A stretch of DNA of 64,000 bases, taken from assembly GCA_036149055.1 (NCBI GenBank), contig JAYZQJ010000128.1, forward strand, positions 1 through 64,000, in the 5' to 3' direction. Below the pieces are notes generated by a model, which saw nothing but the letters and a program-made list of their open reading frames with translations, did no database searches and was not told the DNA's origin. The translations under genes and the position numbers were made by a program. Every line of letters starts with the position of its first letter. The stretch's first letter is position 1. The stretch comes from Myxococcota bacterium. Lineage in GTDB: Bacteria > Myxococcota_A > Polyangia > Polyangiales > Sandaracinaceae. Below, piece after piece: positions 17,112 to 29,861 of the stretch.

Positions 17112-18047
17112 ATGATTCGCTACGAGCCCCATCCGCGCTGGCTGCCCGACATCGTCCGCCTCCCCCTGAGCTACGCCCTCGTCCGCGCGGTGCGCGGCAC
17201 CCTGGGCATGGGCCTCTACGCCGGCCTGCTCGTCTACCTGCTCGAGATGCAGGTGCACCTCGAGCTCCCGCACGGCGCGCTCGCCTTCAGCGCCCTGGGC
17301 GGCGTGGTGAGCCTCGCGCTCGCCTTCCGCGTGAACAACGCGTACGCGCGGTGGTGGGAGGCGCGTCAGCACTGGGGGCTGCTGGTGAACCACTCCCGCA
17401 ACCTCGCCGCGCTCGGCCGCACGCTCTGGGCGCCCGACGACGAGGCCGGCCGCGCGCGCCTCGCCGGACTGATCGGAGACTTCGCCGTCGGCCTCTCGCT
17501 GCACCTCCGCGGGGAGCTGACGCCGGCCGAGCTGCCGAGCCTGACCGACGCGGAGCGCGAGGAGGCGGCAACCCGAGACCACCCGATGTCGTTCGTGAGC
17601 CAGCTGCTCTGGACGGAGGCGGAGCGGCGCCGGGCCGACGGACAGCTCGACACCGCGCAGCTGCTGACCCTCCAGCCGCACCTCCGCGCTCCCCTCGACG
17701 TGCTCGGCGCGTGCGAGCGGATCCGGAGCACGCCGATCCCCTTCGCCGTCACCTCGGCCGCGCGCCTCTTCCTGCTGCTCTTCGCGCTCTTCGTTCCGAT
17801 CGGGCTGCACGGCGAGTTCCGGTGGGCGGCGATCCCGGTCGGCATGGCCGCGTACTTTGCGGTGGCGGTGATGGACGTGCTGGCGGCCGAGCTCGAGAAC
17901 CCGTTCGGCACCGACTGCAACGACCTGCCCACCCGCTCGATCGCCGAGATGATCCGGCGGCAGGCGCACGAGATCCTCGGCGTGGAGCGCGACGGCCCCG
18001 CCGACACCCAGCCGGCGAAGCCCGCGCTCTACGCCAAGATCCGCTGA
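17112..18047 (+). CDS. Bestrophin family ion channel
   Basis: LAFRVNNAYARWWEARQHWG, CERIRSTPIPFA, ELENPFGTDCNDLP. Confidence 0.93.
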   Translation: MIRYEPHPRWLPDIVRLPLSYALVRAVRGTLGMGLYAGLLVYLLEMQVHLELPHGALAFSALGGVVSLALAFRVNNAYARWWEARQHWGLLVNHSRNLAALGRTLWAPDDEAGRARLAGLIGDFAVGLSLHLRGELTPAELPSLTDAEREEAATRDHPMSFVSQLLWTEAERRRADGQLDTAQLLTLQPHLRAPLDVLGACERIRSTPIPFAVTSAARLFLLLFALFVPIGLHGEFRWAAIPVGMAAYFAVAVMDVLAAELENPFGTDCNDLPTRSIAEMIRRQAHEILGVERDGPADTQPAKPALYAKIR

Positions 18048-18358
18048 CGCCGGCTCAAGAGGTGGCAAACAATTGCGCGGGGGCTGCCCGAGCCCGCTTC
18101 CACGACGACCGACCCGAGACGACGGCAGGCGACGAGCGCAGCGAGGTCGCCGAACGTGCCCTCCCCCGCGGCTTCGATCCCGCGGCAGCGGGCGGCCAGC
18201 TCGCGCGCAGCGCGAGCGCGAGCCGCAGGGCCCCCAGCGCCCCGTCGCTGGGGTCGCGGCGCGAGCGCGAAGCGCGAAGCGCCCGCGGAGTCGGGAGGGG
18301 GGCCCCATTGGCGCTTTGCCCAATGGGGGGAGGGTTTGCACCAAACCCTCCAGCAAGC
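18048..18358. repeat. Highly structured intergenic element (at least 5 hairpins) between convergent genes
   Basis: GCTCGCGC-GCA-GCGCGAGC (18199-18217), CCCCAGCG/CGCTGGGG, CCCCATTGG/CCAATGGGG (18303-18328), GGAGGGTTTG-CAC-CAAACCCTCC (18329-18351). Confidence 0.7.
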
Positions 18359-19993
18359 TCAGCTCGCCAGGTAGCGGTGGAGCCCGGAGATCACGACCGA
18401 GCCCTCGCCGACGCTGGAGGCGACCCGCTTGACCGAGCCGGCGCGCACGTCGCCGACGGCCACGATGCCGGGGCGGCTGGTCCCGAAGAGCAGCGGGCTG
18501 TCGGGCGGCGTGATCACGAAGCCGCGCTCGTCGAGCTCCACGCATCCGTCGAGCCACTCGGTGTTGGGGCGCGCGCCGATCATCACGAAGACGTTCCGCA
18601 CGCATCGCCGCTCGCGCCCGCCTCCCCGCGACGCCCAGGTGACCTCGCTGAGGAACTCGTCGCCGTGCAGCGCCTCGATCTCCGAGTGATAGGCGAGCTC
18701 GATCTTGTCGCTCGCCTCGAGCCGCCCGATCAGGTAGTCGCTCATGCTCTCCGCGAGGGTGCCGCTGCGGATCAGCATGTACACGCGCTTCGCGTGCCGT
18801 GAGAGGAAGACGGCGGCCTGCCCGGCCGAGTTGCCGCCGCCGACGACGATCACCTCCTCCTCGCGGCAGAGATCGGCCTCCATCGCGGTCGCGGCGTAGT
18901 GGATGCCGCGACGCTCGAAGTGGGCGTAGCCCTCGAGCGCGAGCTTCCGGTAGGTCGCGCCGGTGGCCACCACCACGGAGCGCGCCAGCAGCTCCTCGCC
19001 CCCCTCGACCACCAGCCGGAAGGTGCGGCTCTCCTCCTCGCATCGCAGGCCGACGACCGGGCGAGAGATGACCAGCCGGGCGCCGAACTTCTGCGCCTGC
19101 ACCTGCGCGCGGCCCGCGAGCGCCTGGCCCGAGATGCCGGTGGGGAAGCCCAGGTAGTTCTCGATGCGCGAGCTCGTCCCCGCCTGACCGCCGGGCGCCA
19201 TCGACTCGACGACCACGGTGTCGAGCCCCTCGGAGGCGGCGTAGACCGCGGCCGCGAGCCCGGCCGGTCCCGCGCCCACCACCGCGACGTCGTGCACGTG
19301 CCCCGGCTCGATGCACTCGGTGAGCCCGAGGACGTCGGCCAGCGCGGCGCGGCTCGGGTTCGAGAGCACCTCGCCGCCGGGGAGCAGCACCGCCGGGTGC
19401 TGGCACTTCGGGGGCAGCTCGCCCTCGTAGCGCTCGGGGTCGATCAGCTCGCGCGGGTAGCCGTTCCGCTCGAGGAACCGGGCGAGGTCGAGGGTGGCGG
19501 CGTCGCGCGGGTGCCCGACGAGGGTGACCCCACCCTGCGCGTGCCCGATCAGCGCGACCCGCCGGAGGATCAGGGCGCGGGTGATGAGCTCGCCGATGTC
19601 GGGCTCGGCGTTCATCAGCCGCTTGAACGCGACGCGGTCGAGCCGCGCCACCCGGGTGGGCTCGGCCGCCCGCCCGTTCACCAGCGTCTGGCGGTCGTTG
19701 AAGAGATCGAGCTCGCCGCTGAACTGCGCCGGCCCGTGCGTGGTCACCACCCGGTCGCCGTGCTCCACGATCTCGAGCGCGCCCTCGAGCACCAGGTAGA
19801 ACGGGACCCGTCGGTCCCCACGCCGGAAGATCACCTCGCCGGCCTCGAAGGTCACCTCCTCGCCGAGCGCGCGGACCCGCGCGACCTGCGCCGCGCTCAA
19901 GGTGGGGAACGTCTGCTCGAGGCGCCGCCAGGGATCGCTCGGCTCGAGCTTCGACGGATCACTGTCCAGCGCGTCATCGGAGGGTCCGGCCAT
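18359..19993 (-). CDS. Cyclic-nucleotide-binding-domain thioredoxin-reductase-like FAD oxidoreductase
   Basis: N-terminal cNMP domain (FEAGEVIFRRGD...FYLVLEG...FSGEL). VGAGPAG, IENYLGFPTGISG, VGGGNSAGQAA and GDVRAGSVKRVASSVGEG motifs. Confidence 0.92.
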   Translation of the reverse strand: MAGPSDDALDSDPSKLEPSDPWRRLEQTFPTLSAAQVARVRALGEEVTFEAGEVIFRRGDRRVPFYLVLEGALEIVEHGDRVVTTHGPAQFSGELDLFNDRQTLVNGRAAEPTRVARLDRVAFKRLMNAEPDIGELITRALILRRVALIGHAQGGVTLVGHPRDAATLDLARFLERNGYPRELIDPERYEGELPPKCQHPAVLLPGGEVLSNPSRAALADVLGLTECIEPGHVHDVAVVGAGPAGLAAAVYAASEGLDTVVVESMAPGGQAGTSSRIENYLGFPTGISGQALAGRAQVQAQKFGARLVISRPVVGLRCEEESRTFRLVVEGGEELLARSVVVATGATYRKLALEGYAHFERRGIHYAATAMEADLCREEEVIVVGGGNSAGQAAVFLSRHAKRVYMLIRSGTLAESMSDYLIGRLEASDKIELAYHSEIEALHGDEFLSEVTWASRGGGRERRCVRNVFVMIGARPNTEWLDGCVELDERGFVITPPDSPLLFGTSRPGIVAVGDVRAGSVKRVASSVGEGSVVISGLHRYLAS

Positions 19994-20069
19994 GCGCCCA
20001 TCTCAGCGCACCTCGACCGCCCCGTCCACGCGAGGGAGACCGCCCCTCAGCGCCCGTATACCTGGAGCG

Positions 20070-20429
20070 GTGCCCTCGCCGTCTCACGTACGCCGGATCG
20101 CGGCCGCGCTCGTCTTCGCCCTCGCCACCCTCGCGGCGGCCGGCGGAGAGGCGCGCGTCCCCGTCTCGCCGGAGGGCCGCGCGCTCCAGAGGCAGCTGCG
20201 CCGATGCTGGGCGCACGCCACGGCCGAGACCACCCCGCCCCTCCCCGTGCGCTACGAGGTCGTCGTCGTCCTCCGCGACGGCCGCGTGACCACCGTCGAC
20301 ATCGAGGGCCCCGACGTCGGCGACCTGAAGCCCTGCTGGCGCCGCGCCCTGCGCCGCCACCCCTGGCCCGCCGCCGACGCCCGCGTCGCCTTCCCCCTGA
20401 TCTTCACCCGCCGAGTCCTCGCGGAGTGA
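20070..20429 (+). CDS. Small exported AgmX/PglI C-terminal (TonB_C-like) domain protein
   Basis: Hydrophobic N-terminus, then LRRCW...DGRVTTVDI...LKPCW...WP...VAFPLIF with a paired-Cys pattern. Confidence 0.6.
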   Translation: MPSPSHVRRIAAALVFALATLAAAGGEARVPVSPEGRALQRQLRRCWAHATAETTPPLPVRYEVVVVLRDGRVTTVDIEGPDVGDLKPCWRRALRRHPWPAADARVAFPLIFTRRVLAE

Positions 20430-20438
20430 AGGCGCGAG

Positions 20439-20473
20439 GCGCTCGACGTCGGGACGAAGCCGCCGTCGAGCGC
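20439..20473. terminator. Hairpin between convergent genes (possible bidirectional terminator)
   Basis: GCGCTCGACG/CGTCGAGCGC perfect 10-bp stem with no U-tract. Confidence 0.45.
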
Positions 20474-20484
20474 GCTCGCCGATC

Positions 20485-20619
20485 CTACTTCTTGGAGCCC
20501 TTGGCCAGGGCGGCGGGCTGGCGCTCCTGCTTCGCCTTGGCCTTCGCCGCCTTCTCCTGCTTGCCGGCGCTCTTCTGGCTCTTCGCTCGCTGCTTGGACT
20601 TCGGGGACTTGTCGCCCAT
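20485..20619 (-). CDS. 44-aa Lys/Ala-rich basic microprotein
   Basis: MGDKSPKSKQRAKSQKSAGKQEKAAKAKAKQERQPAALAKGSKK, with SD GAGGT 5 nt upstream and host-like AAG/GCG codons. Confidence 0.7.
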   Translation of the reverse strand: MGDKSPKSKQRAKSQKSAGKQEKAAKAKAKQERQPAALAKGSKK

Positions 20620-20708
20620 GTGAGACCTCGCTGACGACGGCACGTGCCGTCCCGAACAGAGTCCTCCCGGCCGGCGCGCGCGGCAACCGCAAACCGACTT
20701 CGGCCCGA

Positions 20709-21809
20709 CTACTCGGGGAGATAGCAGCGGAGGGGCGAGGTCGAGGCGGCGAGCAGCTCGGTGACGAGATCGGTCACCCGGAAGGCCTTGTCGGGCGGGA
20801 AGTGAGTGAGGTCGCCCTCCTCCGCGTAGAGGCGGAGCGTCTCGGCCTCGCCCAGCCGGTCGAAGACCTGGAAGCTGTGCTCCTCGAGGTCGAGGAAGGC
20901 GACCTCGTGGTCGAGCGCGACCCGGCGCGCCGCGGCCGGGTACTCGCCATGGGTGCGCCGCAGGGCGCCGTCGCTGCCGAAGACCATGCGGCTGACCGAG
21001 GTGATCAGGATCGGGGTCGCGCCGGCGGCGCGGATCTCGGAGATGTAGCGCTCGAGGTAGTCGCGGTAGGTCCCCTCGTAGTCCGGCGCGGTGCCCGGAT
21101 CGGTCGCGCGGTAGGCCTCGGACTTCGCGTCGTTGTGGCCGAACTGGATGAGCACGTAGTCGCCCGGCGCGAGCGCGGCGCGCACGGCGTCGAAGCGGCC
21201 GCCGTCGTAGAACGACTTGCTGCTCGTGCCGCCGACCGCGGCGTTGGTCACGGTGACGCCGGTGAGGCGCTCCTCGAGGAAGTCTCCCCAGCCGGAGCCG
21301 CTCGCCACCGTCGAGTCGCCGATGAGGTAGACGTGCGTCGGCGGGGTCGGCCCGCACGCCGGCGGAGGCGGCGGCTCCTCGGCGGTGCACACGCAGTGAT
21401 CCGACATGTGCCCGGTGTCGCCGCAGTCGAGGGTCTCGCCGCCCTCGAGCGGATCGCAGGTGCCGTCCGCGTCGTCGTAGCTCTCCGCGCAGAACATCCC
21501 GAGCGCGGCGCACGCCTCGCGGCAGCCGGTCCCGTCCTCGAAGACCAGCTCGCAGCGGTCCGCGTCGTCGCCGCAGTGGGTCCAGCCCCGCGCCTCGACC
21601 GCCTCGGCGCAGGCCACGGGCGGCGGCCCTCCGTCCTCCTCGCCGCCGTCCCGTCCGTCCCCGCCGGCGTCGCTCGGCGGCGCGGCGTCGATCGACGCGG
21701 CGTCGGCGGCCGCGGCGTCGGCGCCCGGGTCGGCGGGAGACCCGCAGCCCCACCCCGCGGCGGTGAGAAGCAGGAGCGCAGCCAGGCGAGACGGAGACGA
21801 GCGCTTCAC
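20709..21809 (-). CDS. Lipoprotein: Cys-rich domain + SGNH rhamnogalacturonan-acetylesterase-like (CE12) domain
   Basis: GDST, NAAVGGTSSKSF, QFGHND and DLTHF SGNH blocks. Lipobox AGWGC. Confidence 0.85.
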   Translation of the reverse strand: MKRSSPSRLAALLLLTAAGWGCGSPADPGADAAAADAASIDAAPPSDAGGDGRDGGEEDGGPPPVACAEAVEARGWTHCGDDADRCELVFEDGTGCREACAALGMFCAESYDDADGTCDPLEGGETLDCGDTGHMSDHCVCTAEEPPPPPACGPTPPTHVYLIGDSTVASGSGWGDFLEERLTGVTVTNAAVGGTSSKSFYDGGRFDAVRAALAPGDYVLIQFGHNDAKSEAYRATDPGTAPDYEGTYRDYLERYISEIRAAGATPILITSVSRMVFGSDGALRRTHGEYPAAARRVALDHEVAFLDLEEHSFQVFDRLGEAETLRLYAEEGDLTHFPPDKAFRVTDLVTELLAASTSPLRCYLPE

Positions 21810-21906
21810 GCGACGACGATGAACGCCGCCGCCCGTTGAACGCAAATCGGGAATCGATCAGCGTATGAACGCGACTCGGCCGCCTTCGGCGTGCTTCAAG
21901 CGCCGC

Positions 21907-22797
21907 ATGGAGTCTCTCCGCTTGCTGGCCAGCGTCAGCCGCCTCCACATCGTCGCCATCGCCACCCTCGGGACCTTCACCTTCGGCTGGCTCTTCACCG
22001 GCGACTACCCCTGGCTGCTGGCCGGCGTCTGCGCGCTGGACTGGTTCATCGTCAATCTCCTGAACCGCGTCGTGGACCTCGAGGAGGACAAGGTGAACCG
22101 GATCACCGGCGTCGCCTTCGTCGACCGGAACCGGCGCGCCATCGTGGTCGCCGGCTTCGCGCTGCTCGTCGCGTCGCTCGTCCTGGTCGCGCTGATCCAC
22201 CCGGAGCTGACGCTGCTGCGCGTCGCCTATCACTCGCTCGGGCTCGCCTACAACTGGCCGATCCTCCCGGGCCGTCGCCGCATCAAGCAGCTCTACTTCT
22301 TCAAGAACACGGCGAGCGCGGCCGGCTTCGTCATCACCGTCTTCCTCTACCCGCTGTCCCTCGCCGGCTGGGGCGCCGACCCCGCGCAGCTCGCGCCCGG
22401 CATCGGCGCCGCGACCATCTGGGTCACCGTCGCCTACTTCGTGCTCTTCGAGCTCTCCTACGAGGTCATCTACGACCTGCGCGACGAGGAGGGGGATCGC
22501 GCGGCGAACGTGCTGACCTACCCGGTGGTGCACGGCGCGAAGGGCGCGATGCGGATCATCGACGGGCTCATCTTCGTCAGCGCGGCCATCCTCGCCGCCG
22601 GGTACGCGACCGGCGTGGTGCCCTGGCGCATCTTCGTGATGATCGTCGCGCCCTTCCTCAACCTCGCCTTCTACAAGCGCGCCGTGAAGCGGGGCATCAC
22701 CTCGGCCGACTGCGTGACCTTGACCTGGGTCGGGGCCGCGCTCCTGCTCTGCTACCACCTCTGGGTCGTCGCGGGCCTGCCCGGGGTGGGCGCGTGA
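21907..22797 (+). CDS. UbiA-superfamily prenyltransferase
   Basis: NLLNRVVDLEEDKVN and YDLRDEEGDRAANVLTYPVVHG Asp-rich motifs, with multiple TM helices. Alternative start at 21865. Confidence 0.88.
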   Translation: MESLRLLASVSRLHIVAIATLGTFTFGWLFTGDYPWLLAGVCALDWFIVNLLNRVVDLEEDKVNRITGVAFVDRNRRAIVVAGFALLVASLVLVALIHPELTLLRVAYHSLGLAYNWPILPGRRRIKQLYFFKNTASAAGFVITVFLYPLSLAGWGADPAQLAPGIGAATIWVTVAYFVLFELSYEVIYDLRDEEGDRAANVLTYPVVHGAKGAMRIIDGLIFVSAAILAAGYATGVVPWRIFVMIVAPFLNLAFYKRAVKRGITSADCVTLTWVGAALLLCYHLWVVAGLPGVGA

Positions 22798-23588
22798 TCG
22801 CGATCGAGCTGATCAGCCTCGCCATCGTCGGCAGCTACGTGGTGGTGCGGGCGCGGATGGATGCGGAGCCCTCCGCCTTCCTCGGGCGCCTCGCGATCCT
22901 CATGGCCGCGAGCTGGGCGGCGGAGAACACCGTCATCCACGCCTACGGCTTCTACGCCTACTCGCCCGAGTGGAGCGTGTTCGTCGACCGGGTGCCGCTG
23001 CTCGTCATCACCATCTGGCCGATGGTCATCCACAGCGCGTGGGATCTCGCCGAGCGCCTGACCTCGCGCCGCGATCGGGCGCCGCTCGTCGCCGCGCTCC
23101 TCGTGCTGGCGGACGCCTCGCTGATCGAGCCGATCGCGGTGCGCGCCGGCCTCTGGCACTGGACCGAGCCGGGGCTGTTCGAGGTGCCGCCGATCGGCAT
23201 CCTCGGCTGGGCGCTCTTCGCCTGGGCGTGCCTCTTCGTCTTCCACCGCATGCGGGCGCCGTGGGCCCTGCCGATCGCGCCCGCGCTGACCCACCCGATG
23301 TTGCTCGGGCTCTGGTGGGCGCTCTTCCGCTGGATCAACGGCGCCGTCCCGCCCTGGCCGGTGGTCGCGCTCGCGGCCGGCCTCTCCCTCTGGCTCGCCC
23401 TCTCCGCCCACCGCCGCCGCGCCGGCGCGAACATCCCCCTCCGCGAGCTGATGCTGCGCGTCCCCGCCGCCGCCTTCTTCTTCGTGCTCCTCGCCGTGCA
23501 CGGCCGAGACGAGCCCGCGCTCGTGGCCTACGCGGTGACCTTCGCCCCGCCCTACCTCGTGCTCACCGCGAACGCGGCCCGAAACTAG
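22794..23588 (+). CDS. Membrane protein similar to CruF/carotenoid-biosynthesis (hydratase) family
   Basis: AEN...GFYAY...VPLLVITIW and D..LIEPIAVRAGLWHW...VPPIGILGW motifs. GTGA overlap with the UbiA-like gene. Confidence 0.65.
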   Translation: MIAIELISLAIVGSYVVVRARMDAEPSAFLGRLAILMAASWAAENTVIHAYGFYAYSPEWSVFVDRVPLLVITIWPMVIHSAWDLAERLTSRRDRAPLVAALLVLADASLIEPIAVRAGLWHWTEPGLFEVPPIGILGWALFAWACLFVFHRMRAPWALPIAPALTHPMLLGLWWALFRWINGAVPPWPVVALAAGLSLWLALSAHRRRAGANIPLRELMLRVPAAAFFFVLLAVHGRDEPALVAYAVTFAPPYLVLTANAARN

Positions 23589-23950
23589 CGGAAGGCCGCC
23601 CACAGCGCCCAGACGCCGGCGACGAGCGCGAAGAGTCCCACCGCGCCGTGGCCGGGCTTCCCAGCGGTGCGCCCGAACGCGGCGCCCGCGAGGATACCGG
23701 CGATGCCGCCGACGATGGCGATGACACCGGCCGGCGCGCGGACATAGTCGATCCCGTTCACGCGCACGCTGAAGACGAGCGCGAGGACCGCCGCGACGAC
23801 GCCGACGGTGAGCAGGCTCGAGAGCACCTTCCGGATCCTCGGGTCGGCGGGCTGGCTCGCGACGTGGCACGCGGAACAGAGCGTGCCGGTCGCGAACGCG
23901 TCAGCGATCGTGGCGCCGCACGCGTCGCAGGTCGGAGCGGAGCTGGACAT
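23585..23950 (-). CDS. Small membrane protein with N-terminal CxxC...CxxC Zn-ribbon
   Basis: CDAC...CSAC followed by 3 hydrophobic helices. SD GGAGG upstream. Confidence 0.65.
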   Translation of the reverse strand: MSSSAPTCDACGATIADAFATGTLCSACHVASQPADPRIRKVLSSLLTVGVVAAVLALVFSVRVNGIDYVRAPAGVIAIVGGIAGILAGAAFGRTAGKPGHGAVGLFALVAGVWALWAAFR

Positions 23951-24039
23951 CCTCCGACCTCAACACGAACCGCGCCGCCCGTCGAGGCTGCGGCGCCGAG
24001 CAAGGCGGCCTCCAGCGTCTACACATGCCGTCGCACGAT

Positions 24040-24068
24040 TTGACGCGGTACCCCGGACCGAGTAGCTT
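24040..24068 (+). promoter_or_regulatory. sigma70-type promoter of sahR-metH
   Basis: TTGACG (24040-45)-N17-TAGCTT (24063-68). Confidence 0.65.
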
Positions 24069-24087
24069 CATCCGGTCATCTGGATGA
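24068..24087. promoter_or_regulatory. 20-bp palindromic operator, putative SahR box
   Basis: TCATCCGG-TCAT-CTGGATGA (7/8 arm match) overlapping the -10/+1 region. Confidence 0.65.
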
Positions 24088-24091
24088 TGGG

Positions 24092-25011
24092 ATGATCTCT
24101 CTCGCCGACAGCACCAGCCTGCTGAGCCTGCTCGCGGACGCGACGCGGGTGCGGCTGCTCGCGCTGCTCCACGAGCAGGAGCTGAGCGTGGCCGAGCTGA
24201 CGAAGATCACCGGGCTCAGCCAGTCGCGGGTGTCGACGCACCTCGGCAAGCTGCGGGAGGCGGGGCTGGTGTCGCCGCGGCCGCAGGGGGCGAGCACCCT
24301 CTACCGGGCTCACGCGGCCATGCCCGCGTCGGCGCGACGGCTCTGGGCGCTGGTGAAGGAGCAGGTGGCCGACTCGGTGCTCGAGACGGACGCCGAGCGC
24401 TGCGAGGCGCTGGTGCAGGCGCGCGAGGAGGCGTGGCCGGACGCGGTCGCCGGGCAGATGGAGCGGCACTACTCCCCGGGGCGCACCTGGGAGGCGACCG
24501 CGCGCGGCTTCCTCGGGCTGGCGACCTTCGGCGAGGTGCTCGACCTCGGCAGCGGCGACGGCACGCTGGCCGCTCTCATCGCGCCGCGGGCCGAGGGGGT
24601 GACGTGCGTGGACCGGAGCGAGAAGGTGCTCGCCGCGGCCGAGCGCCGGCTCGAGGGGCTGCCGGTGAGGTTCGTGCAGGCGGACTTCCACGAGCTGCCC
24701 TTCGAGGACGCGCGCTTCGACACCGTGATGCTCTTCAACGCGCTGACCTACGCCCACACGCCCGAGCGGGTGATCGAAGAGGCGGCGCGCGCGCTGCGGC
24801 CCGGGGGACACCTCGCGGTCGTGACCCTCGCGCTCCACGATCACGAGGCCATCACCCGCTCCTACGGACACCTCCGGCCGGGCTTCTCGCCCGACCAGCT
24901 CGAGCTCCTCCTGCGCGACGCCGGGTTGCGCGTGACCCAGTGCGAGGTCACCTCCCGCGAGCGCCGAAAGCCCTACTTCGAAGTCGTCACCGCCTTCGCA
25001 CGGAAGCCCTC

Positions 25012-25015
<4 letters not shown>
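24092..25015 (+). CDS. sahR: ArsR HTH + SAM-methyltransferase-like regulator (SahR type)
   Basis: [10 protein letters not shown]...ELSVAEL...[18 protein letters not shown], then YSPGRTW and VLDLGSGDG. Coupled to metH. Confidence 0.75.
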
Positions 25016-28713
<3,698 letters not shown>

Positions 28714-28727
28714 GGGTAGGCTTCGGC

Positions 28728-28892
28728 ATGCTCACCGTCTTGCTGGACGTCGCGCCGCCGGGAGCCTTCGGGATCAGCCTCGGCGAGCTCATCATCATCG
28801 GCGGCATCTGCTGCGCCCTCGGCCTACCGACGATCGGGGGCGTCGGGCTCGCCATCTACCTGCTGAAGAAGAAGAAGAACGCCGAGGGCTGA
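28728..28892 (+). CDS. 54-aa membrane microprotein
   Basis: MLTVLLDVAPPG...LIIIGGICCALG...LAIYLLKKKK. TAGGCT-N5-ATG upstream. Confidence 0.6.
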   Translation: MLTVLLDVAPPGAFGISLGELIIIGGICCALGLPTIGGVGLAIYLLKKKKNAEG

Positions 28893-28894
28893 CC

Positions 28895-29836
28895 TCACCA
28901 GGGCGCGATCCAGAGCACCAGCAGGCCGAGGATCACGAGCCCCACCAGGATCGCGAGCACCAGCCCCGGCCGCTCGGGAGCTTCGACCGCTTCGGGCGGC
29001 GCGAGCACCAGATCGACGCGGGGCAGCTCGGCGCGCACGAGGCCGCGGCCGCGCGCAAAGGAGAGCGTGCGCTCGAGGGGCGGGCGGAGCTCGCGCTCGC
29101 GATAGTCGCGCGCGTCGGTCGAGACGAAGTGCTCGGTGACGCGCACGCGAAGCTCGTCGGCCTCGGCCGGGCTCTCCACGCGCCAGAGCTGGAGCACCTC
29201 GCTGCCGGGCAGGTGCACGAGCCGGGTCCCGCCCTGGGCGGCGTCGACGGCGAGCTGGAGCGCGGGGCTCGGCGCGGAGAGATCGAGGGCGCTGAGCTGC
29301 GCGGCGCCGTAGGCGTCGACGACGTAGAGGCGGTCGCCGTCCGGGGCGAGGTAGGTCACGCCGAGCAGGTCGTTGAAGTCCTCCTCGGCGTCGTCGATCC
29401 GGAGCGCGAACACCCGGGGCGCGACCTCCACCGGGCGCAGCTCGAGCGCGCCCTCCCCGCCTCGCCGCGCGTAGCGCCGGGGGCCGCCGGTCAGCTCGAA
29501 CCAGCCCGGCGCGGACGGCTCGCCGAGGCGCGCCCGAGGCCGGCCGCCCGAGGCCTCGAGGGCCAGGATCTCGTCGCCGTCGCCCTGATAGACGCAGACG
29601 ACCAGCCCCGCCTGCGCGACCGCGGTGAGCTCGGCCACCGCGCCGGTCCAGTCGTGCCAGAGCGACGCGGGGAAGAAGCCGTCCTCGGTCAGGACGAGGA
29701 GGTCGTCCTCGACCCGCGCCTCGCGCAGCAGCTCGACGATCAGGGGATCGAGCTCGTCGGCCAGCGCGTCCAGCGCCTCGCTCAGGGCCCCCGGGGCGAA
29801 GGAGAGGCAGCCGTGGATCACCTGTCGGTCGGACAC
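28895..29836 (-). CDS. Hypothetical protein with C-terminal TM anchor
   Basis: Typical codon bias, ending GLVLAILVGLVILGLLVLWIAPW. Confidence 0.7.
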   Translation of the reverse strand: MSDRQVIHGCLSFAPGALSEALDALADELDPLIVELLREARVEDDLLVLTEDGFFPASLWHDWTGAVAELTAVAQAGLVVCVYQGDGDEILALEASGGRPRARLGEPSAPGWFELTGGPRRYARRGGEGALELRPVEVAPRVFALRIDDAEEDFNDLLGVTYLAPDGDRLYVVDAYGAAQLSALDLSAPSPALQLAVDAAQGGTRLVHLPGSEVLQLWRVESPAEADELRVRVTEHFVSTDARDYRERELRPPLERTLSFARGRGLVRAELPRVDLVLAPPEAVEAPERPGLVLAILVGLVILGLLVLWIAPW

Positions 29837-29861
29837 GCGAGCCGAGGATATCAGAGCGCGG

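Noticed and set aside
23951..24091. SAM or cobalamin riboswitch upstream of metH operon
   Set aside because: The predicted leader is only about 20 nt and I see no conserved riboswitch core. A protein operator explains the region.
24433..25011. Apparent N-terminal extension of MetH (1426-aa track ORF)
   Set aside because: Off-frame overlap with the regulator gene. The true start is the ATGA-coupled ATG at 25012.
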